64,000 nt of DNA from an uncultured Candidatus Saccharibacteria bacterium (GCA_964547425.1 CAZJNH010000001.1:5295-69294), one strand, 5' to 3'. Counted from the first letter of the stretch, positions 52,256 through 62,776 are shown. A program made the numbers and translations. Notes: generated by a model from the sequence alone, not told the origin.

Positions 52256-53067
52256 TGCTTAACGACCGAAACCAGCTCGAGTTTGGGCAGGCTTAAACCG
52301 CTAGACAACCTGGCCGACTGGAAAACCGCACCCTTGGAGCTCGACACGCTGTCGACCCGGCCGATAATCAGGCCCCGCGGGAACTCTCCGCCCAAGCCGC
52401 TGGTGATAACGGTGTTGCCGGGTTGGATGGTGTCGCTTTGGGCGATTTTGTCCATCAATAAACCTCCTCCAATCTGGCCGCTAATAATGCCAGTCGCGCG
52501 GGTTTCCTGGCACAACCCAGCCACCCGAAAGTCCGGATCGCTGACCAAAAAGACCTTGGCGCCGCTACGGCTGACTTCGCTGATTTTGCCGACCAATACG
52601 CCCTCCGAAATCACGGCCATGCCAACTTTGAGACCGTCTCCGGTACCGCGGTTGATAGTTAAAAACTGCCGAAAATTGTCGGGCTGGTATGCCACGACGC
52701 GGGCCAATACTAACTTGAGCGAGCTGTTTTCGTTGAAATTGAGCTGACGGCGCAGGTTGGCGTTCTCGACCTTAAGCTCCGCATCCTGGCTCAGCTGAGT
52801 CCTTAAGTCCGCCACTTCAGCTTCGAGCCGGGAGTTGTCGGATGCTAGATGGGACAAGTCACCCGCAGTACTCAAAAAGCCACCGGTGCCGCGGCCAAGG
52901 CCGGCGAACCACGAGCCGATTGGCGCTACGGTGTAGTCGGTCACGACGTGTAAAGGCCCCAACCAGCCCTCCCTTTGGGCACCAACCAGCAGGGCGCCAG
53001 CCAGGACCAAGCCCAGAATTCGGCGGCCAGCGGGCCGGTTAAAGTTTGAGTGTTTAAGCTTGGCCAT
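52252..53067 (-). CDS. mreC: Rod shape-determining protein MreC
   Basis: TM, coiled coil EN..LR..L, INRG..DG, VITSGLGG.FP.GL.IG. Confidence 0.93.
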   Translation of the reverse strand: MAKLKHSNFNRPAGRRILGLVLAGALLVGAQREGWLGPLHVVTDYTVAPIGSWFAGLGRGTGGFLSTAGDLSHLASDNSRLEAEVADLRTQLSQDAELKVENANLRRQLNFNENSSLKLVLARVVAYQPDNFRQFLTINRGTGDGLKVGMAVISEGVLVGKISEVSRSGAKVFLVSDPDFRVAGLCQETRATGIISGQIGGGLLMDKIAQSDTIQPGNTVITSGLGGEFPRGLIIGRVDSVSSSKGAVFQSARLSSGLSLPKLELVSVVKQ

Positions 53068-53073
53068 TCGTTA

Positions 53074-54132
53074 TCATCGGGGGATTTTGCCAAATTGGGT
53101 TGGCACGATAATGTCCTTTAATTTATCGAGGTCTTCCAGGACCAGCCCAGTTCCGCGGACAACAGTGGTTAATGGATCTTCGGTAATTTTGACCGGCATC
53201 CGGGTTTCGCGGTGGACGAGCAGGTTCAGACCCGACAGCAGCGCGCCGCCGCCGGCCAGATAAATCCCCCTGTCCATAATGTCGGCCACCAGCTCAGGCG
53301 GAGTTTCTTCGATGGTAATTTTAATGGCCTCGACAATTTCGCGGACACTGCGAGCCAGCGCCATTCGAATCTGTTCAGGATTTACCATAATCTCCCGTGG
53401 CAGCCCGCTAACCAAATCGCGGCCGCGCATCGGCATTTGATGCTTTTCGTCTTTGCCGGTTGGGTATGCGGACCCGATGCCGATTTTAATACTCTCGGCT
53501 GTACGCTCCCCGATTTGCAGGTTAAATTCGTCACGGGCGTATTGGATAATGTCGTCGTTTAGCTCGTCGCCGGCGATCCTTAAAGATCGAGAGGCCACAA
53601 TTCCGCCAAGAGAAATAATCGCCACCTCCGTCGTCCCCCCACCTATGTCGACGATCATCGAACCGGCAGCGTCATGAATCGGCAGCCGGCTGCCGATCGC
53701 CGCTGCCATTGGCTCCTCAACCAGGAAAGTTTGGCGAGCACCGGCGTTGGTAGCGGCGTCTTCAACCGCCCGTTTCTCTACCTCTGTAACTCCAGACGGA
53801 ATACCGATCACCACCCGCGGACGCGGTACCACCGTAAAGCTCTCTTTGTGGACCTTGTCGATGAAGTAGCGCAGCATTTGCTCGGTCACTTCGAAGTCAC
53901 TGACCACGCCATCAACCAGCGGCCGTGTGGCTACAATGTTAGCCGGCGTCTTGCCGACCATTTGCTTGGCCTCCTCACCTATCGCCAGGATCTGGTTATT
54001 GTGCTTGTTGATAGCAACGACACTCGGTTCGTTGATGACGATGCCTTTTCCGCGGACGTATACCAGCGTATTGGCGGTACCCAAATCGATCCCCACATCG
54101 TGCGAGAATTTGCCCAAAAACCGCTTAATCAA
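53074..54132 (-). CDS. mreB: Actin-like MreB
   Basis: GIDLGTANT, EPSVVA, EEPMAAAIG, DIGGGTTE, GGGALL. Confidence 0.98.
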   Translation of the reverse strand: MIKRFLGKFSHDVGIDLGTANTLVYVRGKGIVINEPSVVAINKHNNQILAIGEEAKQMVGKTPANIVATRPLVDGVVSDFEVTEQMLRYFIDKVHKESFTVVPRPRVVIGIPSGVTEVEKRAVEDAATNAGARQTFLVEEPMAAAIGSRLPIHDAAGSMIVDIGGGTTEVAIISLGGIVASRSLRIAGDELNDDIIQYARDEFNLQIGERTAESIKIGIGSAYPTGKDEKHQMPMRGRDLVSGLPREIMVNPEQIRMALARSVREIVEAIKITIEETPPELVADIMDRGIYLAGGGALLSGLNLLVHRETRMPVKITEDPLTTVVRGTGLVLEDLDKLKDIIVPTQFGKIPR

Positions 54133-54320
54133 AACTCCCCACTTCCACTCTCATTCAATTTAGTTTAACAGGGTTTTACAGATTAGCTCAACCGTTATAG
54201 ACGACATTTATTGAACACCTAAAAAGACCAGGCCTAAACCTGATAGAAAGCATAACAATTGTGTTCAACTTTCCAATGATAAGAGCCCCAAATAGCTGAC
54301 TCTTATCAACTACTTAGGGC

Positions 54321-54695
54321 TCAGTAAAGCCCGGAGAGGCGGCGCTCAACTCTCCAATCCTCCAATTCATCCTGAAGCTGCCGATCTCGACGGAGAGTCC
54401 GGGCCGATAGAGACAGTGGTGGATACGGCCCAACTATCCGTTTTCCGCGAAGACGATGGCCGGCTCTCCACCAATCCCGCTCAATTAGATCGGGGATGGA
54501 GTCACCGCGGACCCGAACGATGACATCGTTGAAGTCGAAGACGACCAATGGGCCAGCTCTGTACTCCGTCGAAACGCTCCCAGGGCTTGCGTGCTGCCGC
54601 GAGATCCCGATCGCTGTCTCGATGGCTGCACGAATGCCCGTTCCAGTTACCACGCGCAGTTCGAGCTTTTCAACATACACCAGCGTGCGGTCCAT
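54321..54695 (-). CDS. Accessory hypothetical protein, 124 aa
   Basis: GGAG SD; TTGACT-17-CATAAT promoter at 54766-54738; hairpin at about 54277-54308 downstream. Confidence 0.7.
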   Translation of the reverse strand: MDRTLVYVEKLELRVVTGTGIRAAIETAIGISRQHASPGSVSTEYRAGPLVVFDFNDVIVRVRGDSIPDLIERDWWRAGHRLRGKRIVGPYPPLSLSARTLRRDRQLQDELEDWRVERRLSGLY

Positions 54696-54777
54696 ATCCG
54701 CTCCATTCTGATAGGTACGACGTGCTGTCAGCAGCAGATTATGGACTTAGCCAAGAAGCAAGTCAATCGAGAGCGGC

Positions 54778-55671
54778 TTAAAATTCGCCGATGAAGCCGA
54801 TCTCGGTTTCCAGCTGATGGCCAGTTTCTTCCTTAACGGTTTTCTTGGCTAAGTCGATTAATGCCATTACATCAGACGCTTTGGCGTGGCCTAAATTAAT
54901 AATGGTGTTGGCATGCCGGCCAGAGATCATCGCGTCGCCGATTCGAGCCCTTTTGAGTCCTGCCTCATCAATTAATCTGCCAGCTCCCACTCCTTCGATT
55001 TTCTTAAAGACAGATCCGCAAGACGCGAACTCGTATAGTTGAGGTTGCCGGCGCTCACGCCAAGCCAAGTTCTTTTTTATTTGTGAGCGCATCGCTTCTT
55101 CGTCACCCGGTTGCAGTGAAAACGTAACTTCAAGAACAGTCACTGGCTTGTGGTGCAAGATGCTGTCGTCGTAGCCAAATTTAAAGTACTCCGGATCGAC
55201 GGTCTTAACCTCGTTATCTTCGAGTACCTCTGCCGATTTAATAATCGATTCGATGTAGAGAGTCGACTTGCGGTCCGGCGATAAAAAATGCAGATTCTGC
55301 CAAATCGCTCCTCCAACACTCGAGGGAATACCGGCAAAATGCTCAAGACCGGATAATCGCTTCTCCATGGAAGCTTCGATTAAGTCTGCGGCAATCGCAC
55401 CGCTCTCGGCGATCAAGTCCTGGCCCTCAAATCTGAAGTTATCGGCTTGGTTATGAATTACCAACCCCCGAAAACCTTTGTCGCCAACCAGGATATTGGC
55501 GCCGCTTCCGAGTAGAAAGTAATTGGTATCCTCTTCTTTGGCAGCCTTAATCGCCGCCGCTAACTCGGTTTTAGATTTAACCTCAACAAAGTAATCCGCC
55601 GGACCGCCGATCTGATATGTAGTCAGCGGCGCCAGCGGCACGTCTTTCTGGAGATTTTTGAGTTTAATCAA
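54778..55671 (-). CDS. murB: UDP-N-acetylenolpyruvoylglucosamine reductase
   Basis: TTYQIGGPA, LLGSGANIL, GLEHFAGIP.SVGGA, SCGSVFK, HAN.IIN, ETE; start reset to TTG 55671. Confidence 0.95.
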   Translation of the reverse strand: MIKLKNLQKDVPLAPLTTYQIGGPADYFVEVKSKTELAAAIKAAKEEDTNYFLLGSGANILVGDKGFRGLVIHNQADNFRFEGQDLIAESGAIAADLIEASMEKRLSGLEHFAGIPSSVGGAIWQNLHFLSPDRKSTLYIESIIKSAEVLEDNEVKTVDPEYFKFGYDDSILHHKPVTVLEVTFSLQPGDEEAMRSQIKKNLAWRERRQPQLYEFASCGSVFKKIEGVGAGRLIDEAGLKRARIGDAMISGRHANTIINLGHAKASDVMALIDLAKKTVKEETGHQLETEIGFIGEF

Positions 55672-56902
55672 GGGCGGTTTGGATTTTGGAGAGTTCGACC
55701 AGTTTGGAGTCTTTTTCGTCGCGGGCTTTGAGCTCGACGGACTTCTTTTCGATGGTTTTGGGGCTAACAGTGACTCGCAGCGGGACGCCAATCAGGTCGG
55801 CGTCTGCGAACTTGGTGCCAGCCGATTCTTCGCGGTCGTCGTAGATGACGGTTTTGCCGGAGTCTTCTAAAAGCGAATGCAGTTTGTCGGCGGTTTCGAT
55901 GACGGCTTTGTCGTCGCCAAGGGCAATCAAGTGAATGTCGGCCGGAGCCACGCTCTTGGGCCAGATCAACCCATGCTCGTCGTTAAACTTTTCGGCAATG
56001 ACCCCCATTACCCGACTAACTCCTAAGCCGAAGCAGCCCATAATCGGATAAATCGGCTTATTGGCGGGGTCGCTGACCGAAAGATCAAAGGCCTTGGAGT
56101 ACTTCTGGCCGAGATCAAAGACGTTACCGACCTCCGAAGCTTTTGCCTTTTTTAACTTGCCTTTGCCGCAAGTCGGACACTTGTCGCCAACCTTGGCCTT
56201 GGCGATCTCGACATTGATGCAGTAATCGCACTCGTCGCAGTAGAGAATGTCGTCCTCACCGGCATCGGTCAGCACCTCAAACTCGTACGATATCTTCTCG
56301 CTAAACAACCCGCCGGACGCCTCGGTAACTTTGGCCTGCAACCCCAAACGGTCATAAATCCGCAGATACGCCTGCTTCACCGTTTCGTAGTAAGTATCAA
56401 AATCGGCCTGGTCAGTGTGGAAGCTATACATATCCTTCATATAAAACTCGCGGCCGCGCAAAATGCCCGATTTGGCTCGCAGCTCGTCGCGGTACTTCCA
56501 GTGGATCTGGTAAACACTCTTCGGCAGGTCCTTGTAGGACTTCAGCCGGTTCATCACCAGCGGCGTCACGATTTCCTCCTCGCTTTGGCCTAGCGCGTAT
56601 TCCGCGTCCGTCCGGCTTTTGAGTTTAAAGAGAATGTCGATGGCGTCCCAGCCGCCGGTCTTTACCCAGTTGGCTTTGGGATGCAGGATCGGCATTAACA
56701 CTTCCTCGCCGCCAATGCCATTCATCTCTTCGCGAACGATGTTTTCAATCTTGCGCAGTACCCGCAGTCCCAACGGCAAATAGCTGTAAATCCCAGCCGC
56801 TAGTTGGTCTATAAACCCGGCGCGGACCAGCAGCTTGTAGTGAGTTGCCTCGTTCTCGGCGACCGATTTTTGGGTTTTAGCGAAGGTTTCAGATAATCGC
56901 AT
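55664..56902 (-). CDS. proS: Proline--tRNA ligase (short form, no editing insertion)
   Basis: MRLS, GIYSYLPLG, KYRDELR, REFYMKDMYSF, EVGNVF.LG.KYS, DADLIG.P. Confidence 0.97.
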   Translation of the reverse strand: MRLSETFAKTQKSVAENEATHYKLLVRAGFIDQLAAGIYSYLPLGLRVLRKIENIVREEMNGIGGEEVLMPILHPKANWVKTGGWDAIDILFKLKSRTDAEYALGQSEEEIVTPLVMNRLKSYKDLPKSVYQIHWKYRDELRAKSGILRGREFYMKDMYSFHTDQADFDTYYETVKQAYLRIYDRLGLQAKVTEASGGLFSEKISYEFEVLTDAGEDDILYCDECDYCINVEIAKAKVGDKCPTCGKGKLKKAKASEVGNVFDLGQKYSKAFDLSVSDPANKPIYPIMGCFGLGVSRVMGVIAEKFNDEHGLIWPKSVAPADIHLIALGDDKAVIETADKLHSLLEDSGKTVIYDDREESAGTKFADADLIGVPLRVTVSPKTIEKKSVELKARDEKDSKLVELSKIQTALD

Positions 56903-57624
56903 TACTTTCCTACTATCGCGGTAAAGGCCAGGTAATTATTTAATAGGTGGAGGAAGATGCCCGGCCAGATCGACTTGGTCTTGCGGTACATTATACAGAG
57001 TAGGCAACCGAGCACAAAAGTGTAGACCGAGACGTTGAGCTGCAGGTGTGCAAAGGCAAACAGCAAACTTGAACCGACAATGCCCGCGATAAGTCCAAAC
57101 CGATCAGCTAAAGCCGGGAAAATAAAACCGCGAAACACCACCTCTTCGATCGCCGGCGGGATAAACACTAAGGCGATCAAACTTAAACTTGGAGACGAGG
57201 ACGCTCCCTTGGTGAATTCATTTACTTGAGGCTGGGTTGGGTTGAAACTGGGAAACAAATGACCAACGAGACTGAATAGAACCGCCGAGGTAATTAGGAA
57301 CACAGCGCCGGCCAGCAGGATATAAAGCGAGGCTTTAAACAGATTAAAGTGCTTGAGCCCCAGCCTTTCCCAGCCAACCTTATACTTGACCAGAAAATGA
57401 CGCATTAGGGCAAAAGCCGCAATGCCATCTAGAACTAACAGTACAAACGAGGCTCTGACTTCGCCTTTAAGCAGTCCGTGCAGTAGAGACGAGGCAGGCG
57501 GCAAAACCGGCGCCAAGACGCGTAGGACCAGGACGATCAACGCAGGCAGCCCAATCCAAGCCGCGAAGAACACCACCAAAGCTTGCTTCCAGTTCCATGG
57601 AACGTTGAACGGTTTGGCGCTCAA
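56902..57624 (-). CDS. CPBP (CAAX/Abi) intramembrane protease
   Basis: EEVVFRG, FAFAH and H..NN motifs; multiple TMs. Confidence 0.9.
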   Translation of the reverse strand: MSAKPFNVPWNWKQALVVFFAAWIGLPALIVLVLRVLAPVLPPASSLLHGLLKGEVRASFVLLVLDGIAAFALMRHFLVKYKVGWERLGLKHFNLFKASLYILLAGAVFLITSAVLFSLVGHLFPSFNPTQPQVNEFTKGASSSPSLSLIALVFIPPAIEEVVFRGFIFPALADRFGLIAGIVGSSLLFAFAHLQLNVSVYTFVLGCLLCIMYRKTKSIWPGIFLHLLNNYLAFTAIVGK

Positions 57625-58721
57625 ATAATCCGCCTGATGTCGAAGTAGGTAATTAAAATTATCAGCAAAATCAGCGCCACAAACCCAACACTGTTGATCA
57701 CCGACTCCACCTTGTGCGAAAGTTCCTTGCCGGCCAGCTTAGTGATCGCCAGCATCGCCAACCGGCCGCCGTCCAGCGCCGGGATCGGGAAGGAGTTGAT
57801 AACAGCTAATGAAACCGTAATCGAGACCACAATAAGCGCGATATAGCGCCAGCCAAGAAACAAAATGTTGCTAATGATTGAGGTAATACCAACTGGCCCG
57901 ACAGCCGTAGCTTCAGTCGGAACAGCTTTACTAAACAGTGAGCCGATCAAGTGCGGGATACTAACGATCAGGCGGCCGAATCCGGCAACTGTGCCGGCCG
58001 CGATCTGCCCAAACAGCTTGGCCGATACCACAACTGCCTTAACCGGGGAGTATCTGAGCAAATAAGTCTCAAACGGCAAAACCCCAAGTTGGCCGCCCTC
58101 TTTTGTACCTTTATGCAGTTTGATGTCTTGGGTTAAATTTTGGCCCTTTCGCACTATTTCAAACTTCACGCTTTGGCCGGCGTGAGCCAGAGTAAAGACC
58201 TTGAGCTCTTCGGTTTTACTGAAACTTTGACCGTTACCGCTTGCGACGATATCCCCTTTTTGCAGTCCAGCTTGCTTTGCGGCCGAGTCAGGTGTGATGT
58301 CTAAAACCAGTACTTGGGATGGCTTTGCAAAGCTGGCCTCGGTTTGGTCAACGGCAAAGTTAGGGATCGGGGGCAAGCCGGTTGAAGCTAAGTAAAACAG
58401 CAGGATAAAGCCCAAAAGTGCGTTCATCGCGACGCCAGCTAAGAGAATTTTGGCTTGTTTACCAAATTTCGCGGCTCCGAAACTGCCAGGAGTTTTGGTA
58501 GCAGAATTCTCACCCTTCAGCCGAACAAAACCTCCAATCGGCAACCAGTTAACTGACAGGATCGTGCCGCCTCGTTTGACGCCGTATAAGCGCGGCGGCA
58601 AGCCGAACCCAAACTCCTCAACATCAACGCCCGAACGTTTTGCGGCAATAAAATGCCCCAGCTCATGGATAAAAACGAGCAGGGACAGCGTTAACACCAT
58701 AATCAAAATGCTTATGATCAT
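57621..58721 (-). CDS. rseP: Site-2 (M50) protease, RseP-like, with PDZ domain
   Basis: HELGH, LPIGGFV, N..PIPALDGG. Confidence 0.92.
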   Translation of the reverse strand: MIISILIMVLTLSLLVFIHELGHFIAAKRSGVDVEEFGFGLPPRLYGVKRGGTILSVNWLPIGGFVRLKGENSATKTPGSFGAAKFGKQAKILLAGVAMNALLGFILLFYLASTGLPPIPNFAVDQTEASFAKPSQVLVLDITPDSAAKQAGLQKGDIVASGNGQSFSKTEELKVFTLAHAGQSVKFEIVRKGQNLTQDIKLHKGTKEGGQLGVLPFETYLLRYSPVKAVVVSAKLFGQIAAGTVAGFGRLIVSIPHLIGSLFSKAVPTEATAVGPVGITSIISNILFLGWRYIALIVVSITVSLAVINSFPIPALDGGRLAMLAITKLAGKELSHKVESVINSVGFVALILLIILITYFDIRRII

Positions 58722-58745
58722 ACCCTACTAGGATATCACGGCGAG

Positions 58746-59474
58746 CTATTTGCCGAAGCGGCGGTGGCGAGTTGCGTAGTCTTTGATTGCGGCGTCGAGA
58801 TCGGCCTCATTAAAATCAGGCCAGTGTTTATCGACAAATCGTAATTCCGACCAGGCAGATCGCCAGAGCATGAAGTCACTGATTCTTTGTTCTCCCGAAG
58901 TGCGAATCACCAGATCGATCGGCGGAATATCGGGCGCATACAAGTACTCGGCGAACTTGTCGATAGTAATATCCTCGGCATTAACCCCCTCTTTTACCAT
59001 CTTTGCCGCAGCGTCGGCTAGCTCCTGATGGCCAGTATAATTTAGGCAGAGCGCCAAGGTACCGGCGGTATTTTTAGCCGTAGTTTCCTCTGCCGCATCG
59101 ATTGCTTTCAAGATCTTTGGCGATAAATTATCCCTAGAACCTAACACCCTTACCCGAATGTTCTCTTTATTTAGCTCCTCGACTTCTTTCGTCGCCACCC
59201 AGTAAAGCAGCTTCATTAAGTAATCGACTTCTTCTTGGCTACGATTCAAATTTTGGGTTGATAATACAAAAGCTGAGATGAACTTAATCCCTCTTTTGAT
59301 ACCGATCTTGCCAATCTCTTTAAGGTTCAGATAACCCTGCTTGTGACCATCATAGGTCGGCAGGCCTTGTGATCTGGCCCAGCGGCGATTCCCATCCATA
59401 ATTAGTCCAATATGTCGGGGAACTATCGTGTCTTCGGCAATCTTGGTGGACTCTAATTTTGATTGGGGTGTCAT
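58746..59474 (-). CDS. uppS: Undecaprenyl diphosphate synthase
   Basis: PRHIGLIMDGNRRWA, IRTSGEQRISDF, RRFG. Confidence 0.96.
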   Translation of the reverse strand: MTPQSKLESTKIAEDTIVPRHIGLIMDGNRRWARSQGLPTYDGHKQGYLNLKEIGKIGIKRGIKFISAFVLSTQNLNRSQEEVDYLMKLLYWVATKEVEELNKENIRVRVLGSRDNLSPKILKAIDAAEETTAKNTAGTLALCLNYTGHQELADAAAKMVKEGVNAEDITIDKFAEYLYAPDIPPIDLVIRTSGEQRISDFMLWRSAWSELRFVDKHWPDFNEADLDAAIKDYATRHRRFGK

Positions 59475-59502
59475 TGCGTTGATTATACCTAAAAGCTTGC
59501 GC

Positions 59503-60066
59503 TTAGACTTCCATAATTTCTTTAGTTTTGGCTTCTTCTATGTTTTTAATTTTGTCGCGGTACTCGTCGATTTTCTTGTTCAGATCGGTCTCGGCGCGCT
59601 TGACGTCGTCTTGGGTCGCCGACTTAGACGCTTCCAACTTTTTGACTTCATCCATCAGTTCTCGGCGAATGTTGCGGATGGCGATCTGGCACTGCTCGAG
59701 CTTATCGCCAAGGGCCTTAACCAAATTGCGGCGGGTTTCTTCGTTCAAGGGTGGTAGGTTAATGCGAATAACCGAGCCATCGTTGTTCGGGTTTAATCCC
59801 AACGATTGAGACTCGCGAATCGCTTTTTCGATCACCGGCAGCATCGTTGGATCCCAGGGGGTGATTTGGATCGTGCGAGCGTCCGGCGTCGATAGCGTGG
59901 CAACTTGCTTTAATGCCATGTTTTGGCCGTACTGCTCAACAACAATTCCTTCAACAAGGGCGGTTGAGGCGCGGCCGGTGCGCAGACCCCGCAGTTCGTC
60001 CTGGAGATGGTCCAGGGCTTTATCCATTTTCGGATTTGCCTGGGCTACAACTTCGCTAGTTGTCAC
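59503..60066 (-). CDS. frr: Ribosome recycling factor
   Basis: LRTGRAS, LNPNNDG..IR..LPPLNEE.R, K.KEIMEV. Confidence 0.97.
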   Translation of the reverse strand: MTTSEVVAQANPKMDKALDHLQDELRGLRTGRASTALVEGIVVEQYGQNMALKQVATLSTPDARTIQITPWDPTMLPVIEKAIRESQSLGLNPNNDGSVIRINLPPLNEETRRNLVKALGDKLEQCQIAIRNIRRELMDEVKKLEASKSATQDDVKRAETDLNKKIDEYRDKIKNIEEAKTKEIMEV

Positions 60067-60649
60067 TGACTTCGCCCAGTTCCCAGCGTTCGAAACGCCG
60101 GATTACTACGTTCTCCCCGATTTTAGCGATCAGTTCCGTCATTAGTTCCTCAACGTTTTTGTCGGGATCTTTAATAAACGGCTGTTTGGTTAAACAAACA
60201 TCGGAGTAATACTTTTCCAGCTTACCGGCAACAATCTTCTCCGCCACTTCGGCCGGCTTGCCTTTGATTTCGGCCCGGTAAATCTCCTTTTCCTTTTCGA
60301 TGTCCTCTTCCGGAATACTCTCTGGCGACAAATACTCGGGATTGCTGGCCGCGACGTGCATAGCAATGTCATGGACAAAAGTTTTGAAGTCGTCGGTTCG
60401 GGCCACAAAGTCGGTTTCGCAGTTCACTTCTACCAACGCGCCAAGGCGGCCGCCATGGGTGTAAGCCTCAATCAGCCCCTGCTTAGCCTCGCGCGAAGCC
60501 TTTTTGGCGGCGCTGGCCAACCCTTTTTTGCGCAGCAACTCCACCGCCTTATCCATATCCCCGTTAGCTTCATCCAAAGCTTCTTTGGCGCTAGAAAAAC
60601 CGGCCCCGGTCATTTCTCTTAGCTTTTTGACGTCGTCGATATTAGACAT
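60056..60649 (-). CDS. tsf: Elongation factor Ts (short form)
   Basis: [30 protein letters not shown]. Confidence 0.97.
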   Translation of the reverse strand: MSNIDDVKKLREMTGAGFSSAKEALDEANGDMDKAVELLRKKGLASAAKKASREAKQGLIEAYTHGGRLGALVEVNCETDFVARTDDFKTFVHDIAMHVAASNPEYLSPESIPEEDIEKEKEIYRAEIKGKPAEVAEKIVAGKLEKYYSDVCLTKQPFIKDPDKNVEELMTELIAKIGENVVIRRFERWELGEVSDN

Positions 60650-61385
60650 TAGCCGCCTCTTTCGGTTCCTCCTCGACCTTAGCCGCCGCTGATTTGAGGT
60701 ACTTCTCGTGCCCGTCGAGTGCCGCTTCGGCGATCTGTTTAGTAATCAATGAGATTGCCTTAATCGCGTCGTCGTTAGCCGGGATCGGATAATCGATGTC
60801 GTCTGGGTCGGAGTTGGTGTCGGCGATACCGATCACCGGAATACCAAGTTTTTTGGCTTCGGCGATAGGGATCTGCTCCCGAACCGAATCCACTACGTAG
60901 ACAGCTCCCGGCACCTCACCCATTTCTTTAATCCCTCCGAGCACAAGTTCGAGCTTCTTGGCTTCGGCTTTGAGCAAGGAGGCTTCTTTCTTGTTGTACT
61001 TCGAAGCGACGTCGCCGCTTTCGAGGTCGGCTTCTAGCTTCTTTAACCGGTCGATCTGGCGTTTAATGGTCTGCCAGTTGGTTAGAGTACCGCCAAGCCA
61101 GCGCTCCGTCACGTACGGCATACCGGCCTGTTTGGCAGCGTCTTCAATTAATTGCCGGGCCTGGCGCTTGGTCGCCACAAATAAGACCTGTTTGCCGGAA
61201 GTGGTCAGGCTCTTCGTAAAATCTACGGCTTGAGCAATATAGTCGGCCGTTTTGGTTAAATCGATAATATGGACACCGCCGCGGGCGCCATAAATAAAGC
61301 GCTCCATTTTGGGGTTCCACCGCTTGGTTTGGTGGCCAAAATGCGCGCCGGCTTCGAGCAATTCTTTAAGGTCTACTGAGGGCAT
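60642..61385 (-). CDS. rpsB: 30S ribosomal protein S2
   Basis: [33 protein letters not shown]. Confidence 0.98.
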   Translation of the reverse strand: MPSVDLKELLEAGAHFGHQTKRWNPKMERFIYGARGGVHIIDLTKTADYIAQAVDFTKSLTTSGKQVLFVATKRQARQLIEDAAKQAGMPYVTERWLGGTLTNWQTIKRQIDRLKKLEADLESGDVASKYNKKEASLLKAEAKKLELVLGGIKEMGEVPGAVYVVDSVREQIPIAEAKKLGIPVIGIADTNSDPDDIDYPIPANDDAIKAISLITKQIAEAALDGHEKYLKSAAAKVEEEPKEAANV

Positions 61386-61490
61386 AAAATCCTTTCCTTC
61401 ACCCGCTGCGCCCCAAAGGGAGGATTTAGTCGCGGGTTGTTTCGTTAATTAGAACTAGACTAGATTACCACCAGATCGGATTTGTTTCAA
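61386..61490 (-). promoter_or_regulatory. rpsB promoter and structured leader (possible S2 autoregulatory element)
   Basis: TTGAAA-17-TAATCT; ACCCGC...GCGGGT stem immediately before the GAAGGAAAGG RBS region. Confidence 0.5.
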
Positions 61491-61498
61491 CCTATACA

Positions 61499-61532
61499 TA
61501 AAGGAGGCCCGGGACTACAAGTCCGGGCCTCC
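61499..61532 (-). terminator. Terminator of the accessory operon
   Basis: GGAGGCCCGG...CCGGGCCTCC followed by TTTATGT. Confidence 0.65.
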
Positions 61533-61838
61533 AATTATCCTGATCAGGTTGAGATAGCGATGTCCGGCATCGGCGAACGCGTCATCTAGGCGCGAGCCAT
61601 ACTGGGCAAAGATCTCGAAGTCGGTGATCAGATTCTGAAGCTGCTGGATCGGCTTCCGCCCGGTTTTGAAGGCGAAGCTTACGATCCAGTACAAGCACAG
61701 GTTCGACAACTGCAGATCGCTGCGCGGCTTCTTCGGATCGATCGGATCGACCGAGAACTTGAGAGCCGCCGTGGCGATCTCGTTCAGCTCGCCGAGGACG
61801 TCCGCGCTCAGCAGCCTGTCGTCAGGCGGTGCCAGCAT
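61515..61838 (-). CDS. Accessory hypothetical protein, 107 aa
   Basis: Start reset to ATG 61838 behind AAGGAGG; helical. Confidence 0.65.
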   Translation of the reverse strand: MLAPPDDRLLSADVLGELNEIATAALKFSVDPIDPKKPRSDLQLSNLCLYWIVSFAFKTGRKPIQQLQNLITDFEIFAQYGSRLDDAFADAGHRYLNLIRIIGGPDL

Positions 61839-62118
61839 CGCGCATCCTCCTTGCGAGCTCGTCGTCGTAGCGCCGGGCCTCCTTGATCGCCTCACGGAGT
61901 GCTCCGTAGATCCCTTCCGCGTCATCAGCGTCGAATAGAGCGAAGCCGTCGATGGAGATTACAACCATTCCGTGGCCAGCTACGCCGCACATCGGCTTCG
62001 CCCGTACCGCTGAAACAACCATCCTGCCGACGGAGGGGCACTTCGCTTCCGAGAAGACCCCTCCCCGCAACACAACCTTGCCGTCGGGCGACCTGCGTTT
62101 CAAATGCCTTAATCGCAT
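61822..62118 (-). CDS. Accessory hypothetical protein, 98 aa
   Basis: ATG 62118 behind AGGGGG; overlaps the next gene. Confidence 0.55.
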   Translation of the reverse strand: MRLRHLKRRSPDGKVVLRGGVFSEAKCPSVGRMVVSAVRAKPMCGVAGHGMVVISIDGFALFDADDAEGIYGALREAIKEARRYDDELARRMRDAGTA

Positions 62119-62340
62119 TGTGTCCCCCTGGACCAAGCAACGAACCCGATGTTCCTTGCTTCTCTTAAATCCTGAAGTCTTCAGAGCTTAAGAGATTACC
62201 TCTCACCATTTTAACCCCGCTGGTTCATCCAGCGAGAAATGGTGAGAGGCTCAGGGTTTTTTGTATGGCGCGACCCTGTTTAAACGCGCCTAGGGTAATT
62301 CGGAATTCACCGTATCTCCCTTGATCGAGGCGGACAGCGG

Positions 62341-62472
62341 CTACAGCTTGTCGCGCTGGAGCCGTTCGTGGCGGTAATTCTTGGCCGCGAGGCCCGCCAT
62401 CGCAACTGCAGTGCAGAAGGCGATGACCAGTCCCCGATGCCTCCGGGCGAATTGCTTGATCGCGTCGATCAT
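62341..62472 (-). CDS. Small single-TM protein, 43 aa
   Basis: MIDAIKQFARRHRGLVIAFCTAVAMAGLAAKNYRHERLQRDKL; GGAGG SD; starts 1 nt after the upstream stop. Confidence 0.6.
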   Translation of the reverse strand: MIDAIKQFARRHRGLVIAFCTAVAMAGLAAKNYRHERLQRDKL

Positions 62473-62473
62473 G

Positions 62474-62674
62474 TCACCCCCTCCGCCGTCTGCCGGGGAT
62501 CCGGCCGGTCAGCATGAAGATGATGATAGCGACCATAGCCGCTATCACGATCAGGTACGCGAGGACTGCGACGACAAAGCCGCGGAACGCGTAGAGCACA
62601 AGTGCGCCTACGACGAACACGACCAGGATCTGGACGAACTCCGAACGCCACCACGGCCGGCGCTGCTGCTGCAT
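62474..62674 (-). CDS. Small two-TM protein, 66 aa
   Basis: MQQQRRPWWR followed by two hydrophobic helices and GRRRRG; AAAGGGGG upstream. Confidence 0.65.
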   Translation of the reverse strand: MQQQRRPWWRSEFVQILVVFVVGALVLYAFRGFVVAVLAYLIVIAAMVAIIIFMLTGRIPGRRRRG

Positions 62675-62776
62675 CTTTCCCCCTTTGTAAGCAACCAAGA
62701 AGTGTCCCCGAACGGGCCGCGGGCTGCGGGCATGCTGCATACGACCCGCCCGGGGACTTCCGTCGACGTGGCTCGG

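Noticed and set aside
54211-54268. TTGAACAC/GTGTTCAA inverted repeat upstream of mreB
   Set aside because: Only 8 bp with a 42-nt gap; compatible with chance.
59503-60649. Absence of pyrH between tsf and frr, and of murC-F/ddl in the dcw cluster
   Set aside because: Ordinary gene loss or relocation in reduced genomes; it cannot be judged from one window.
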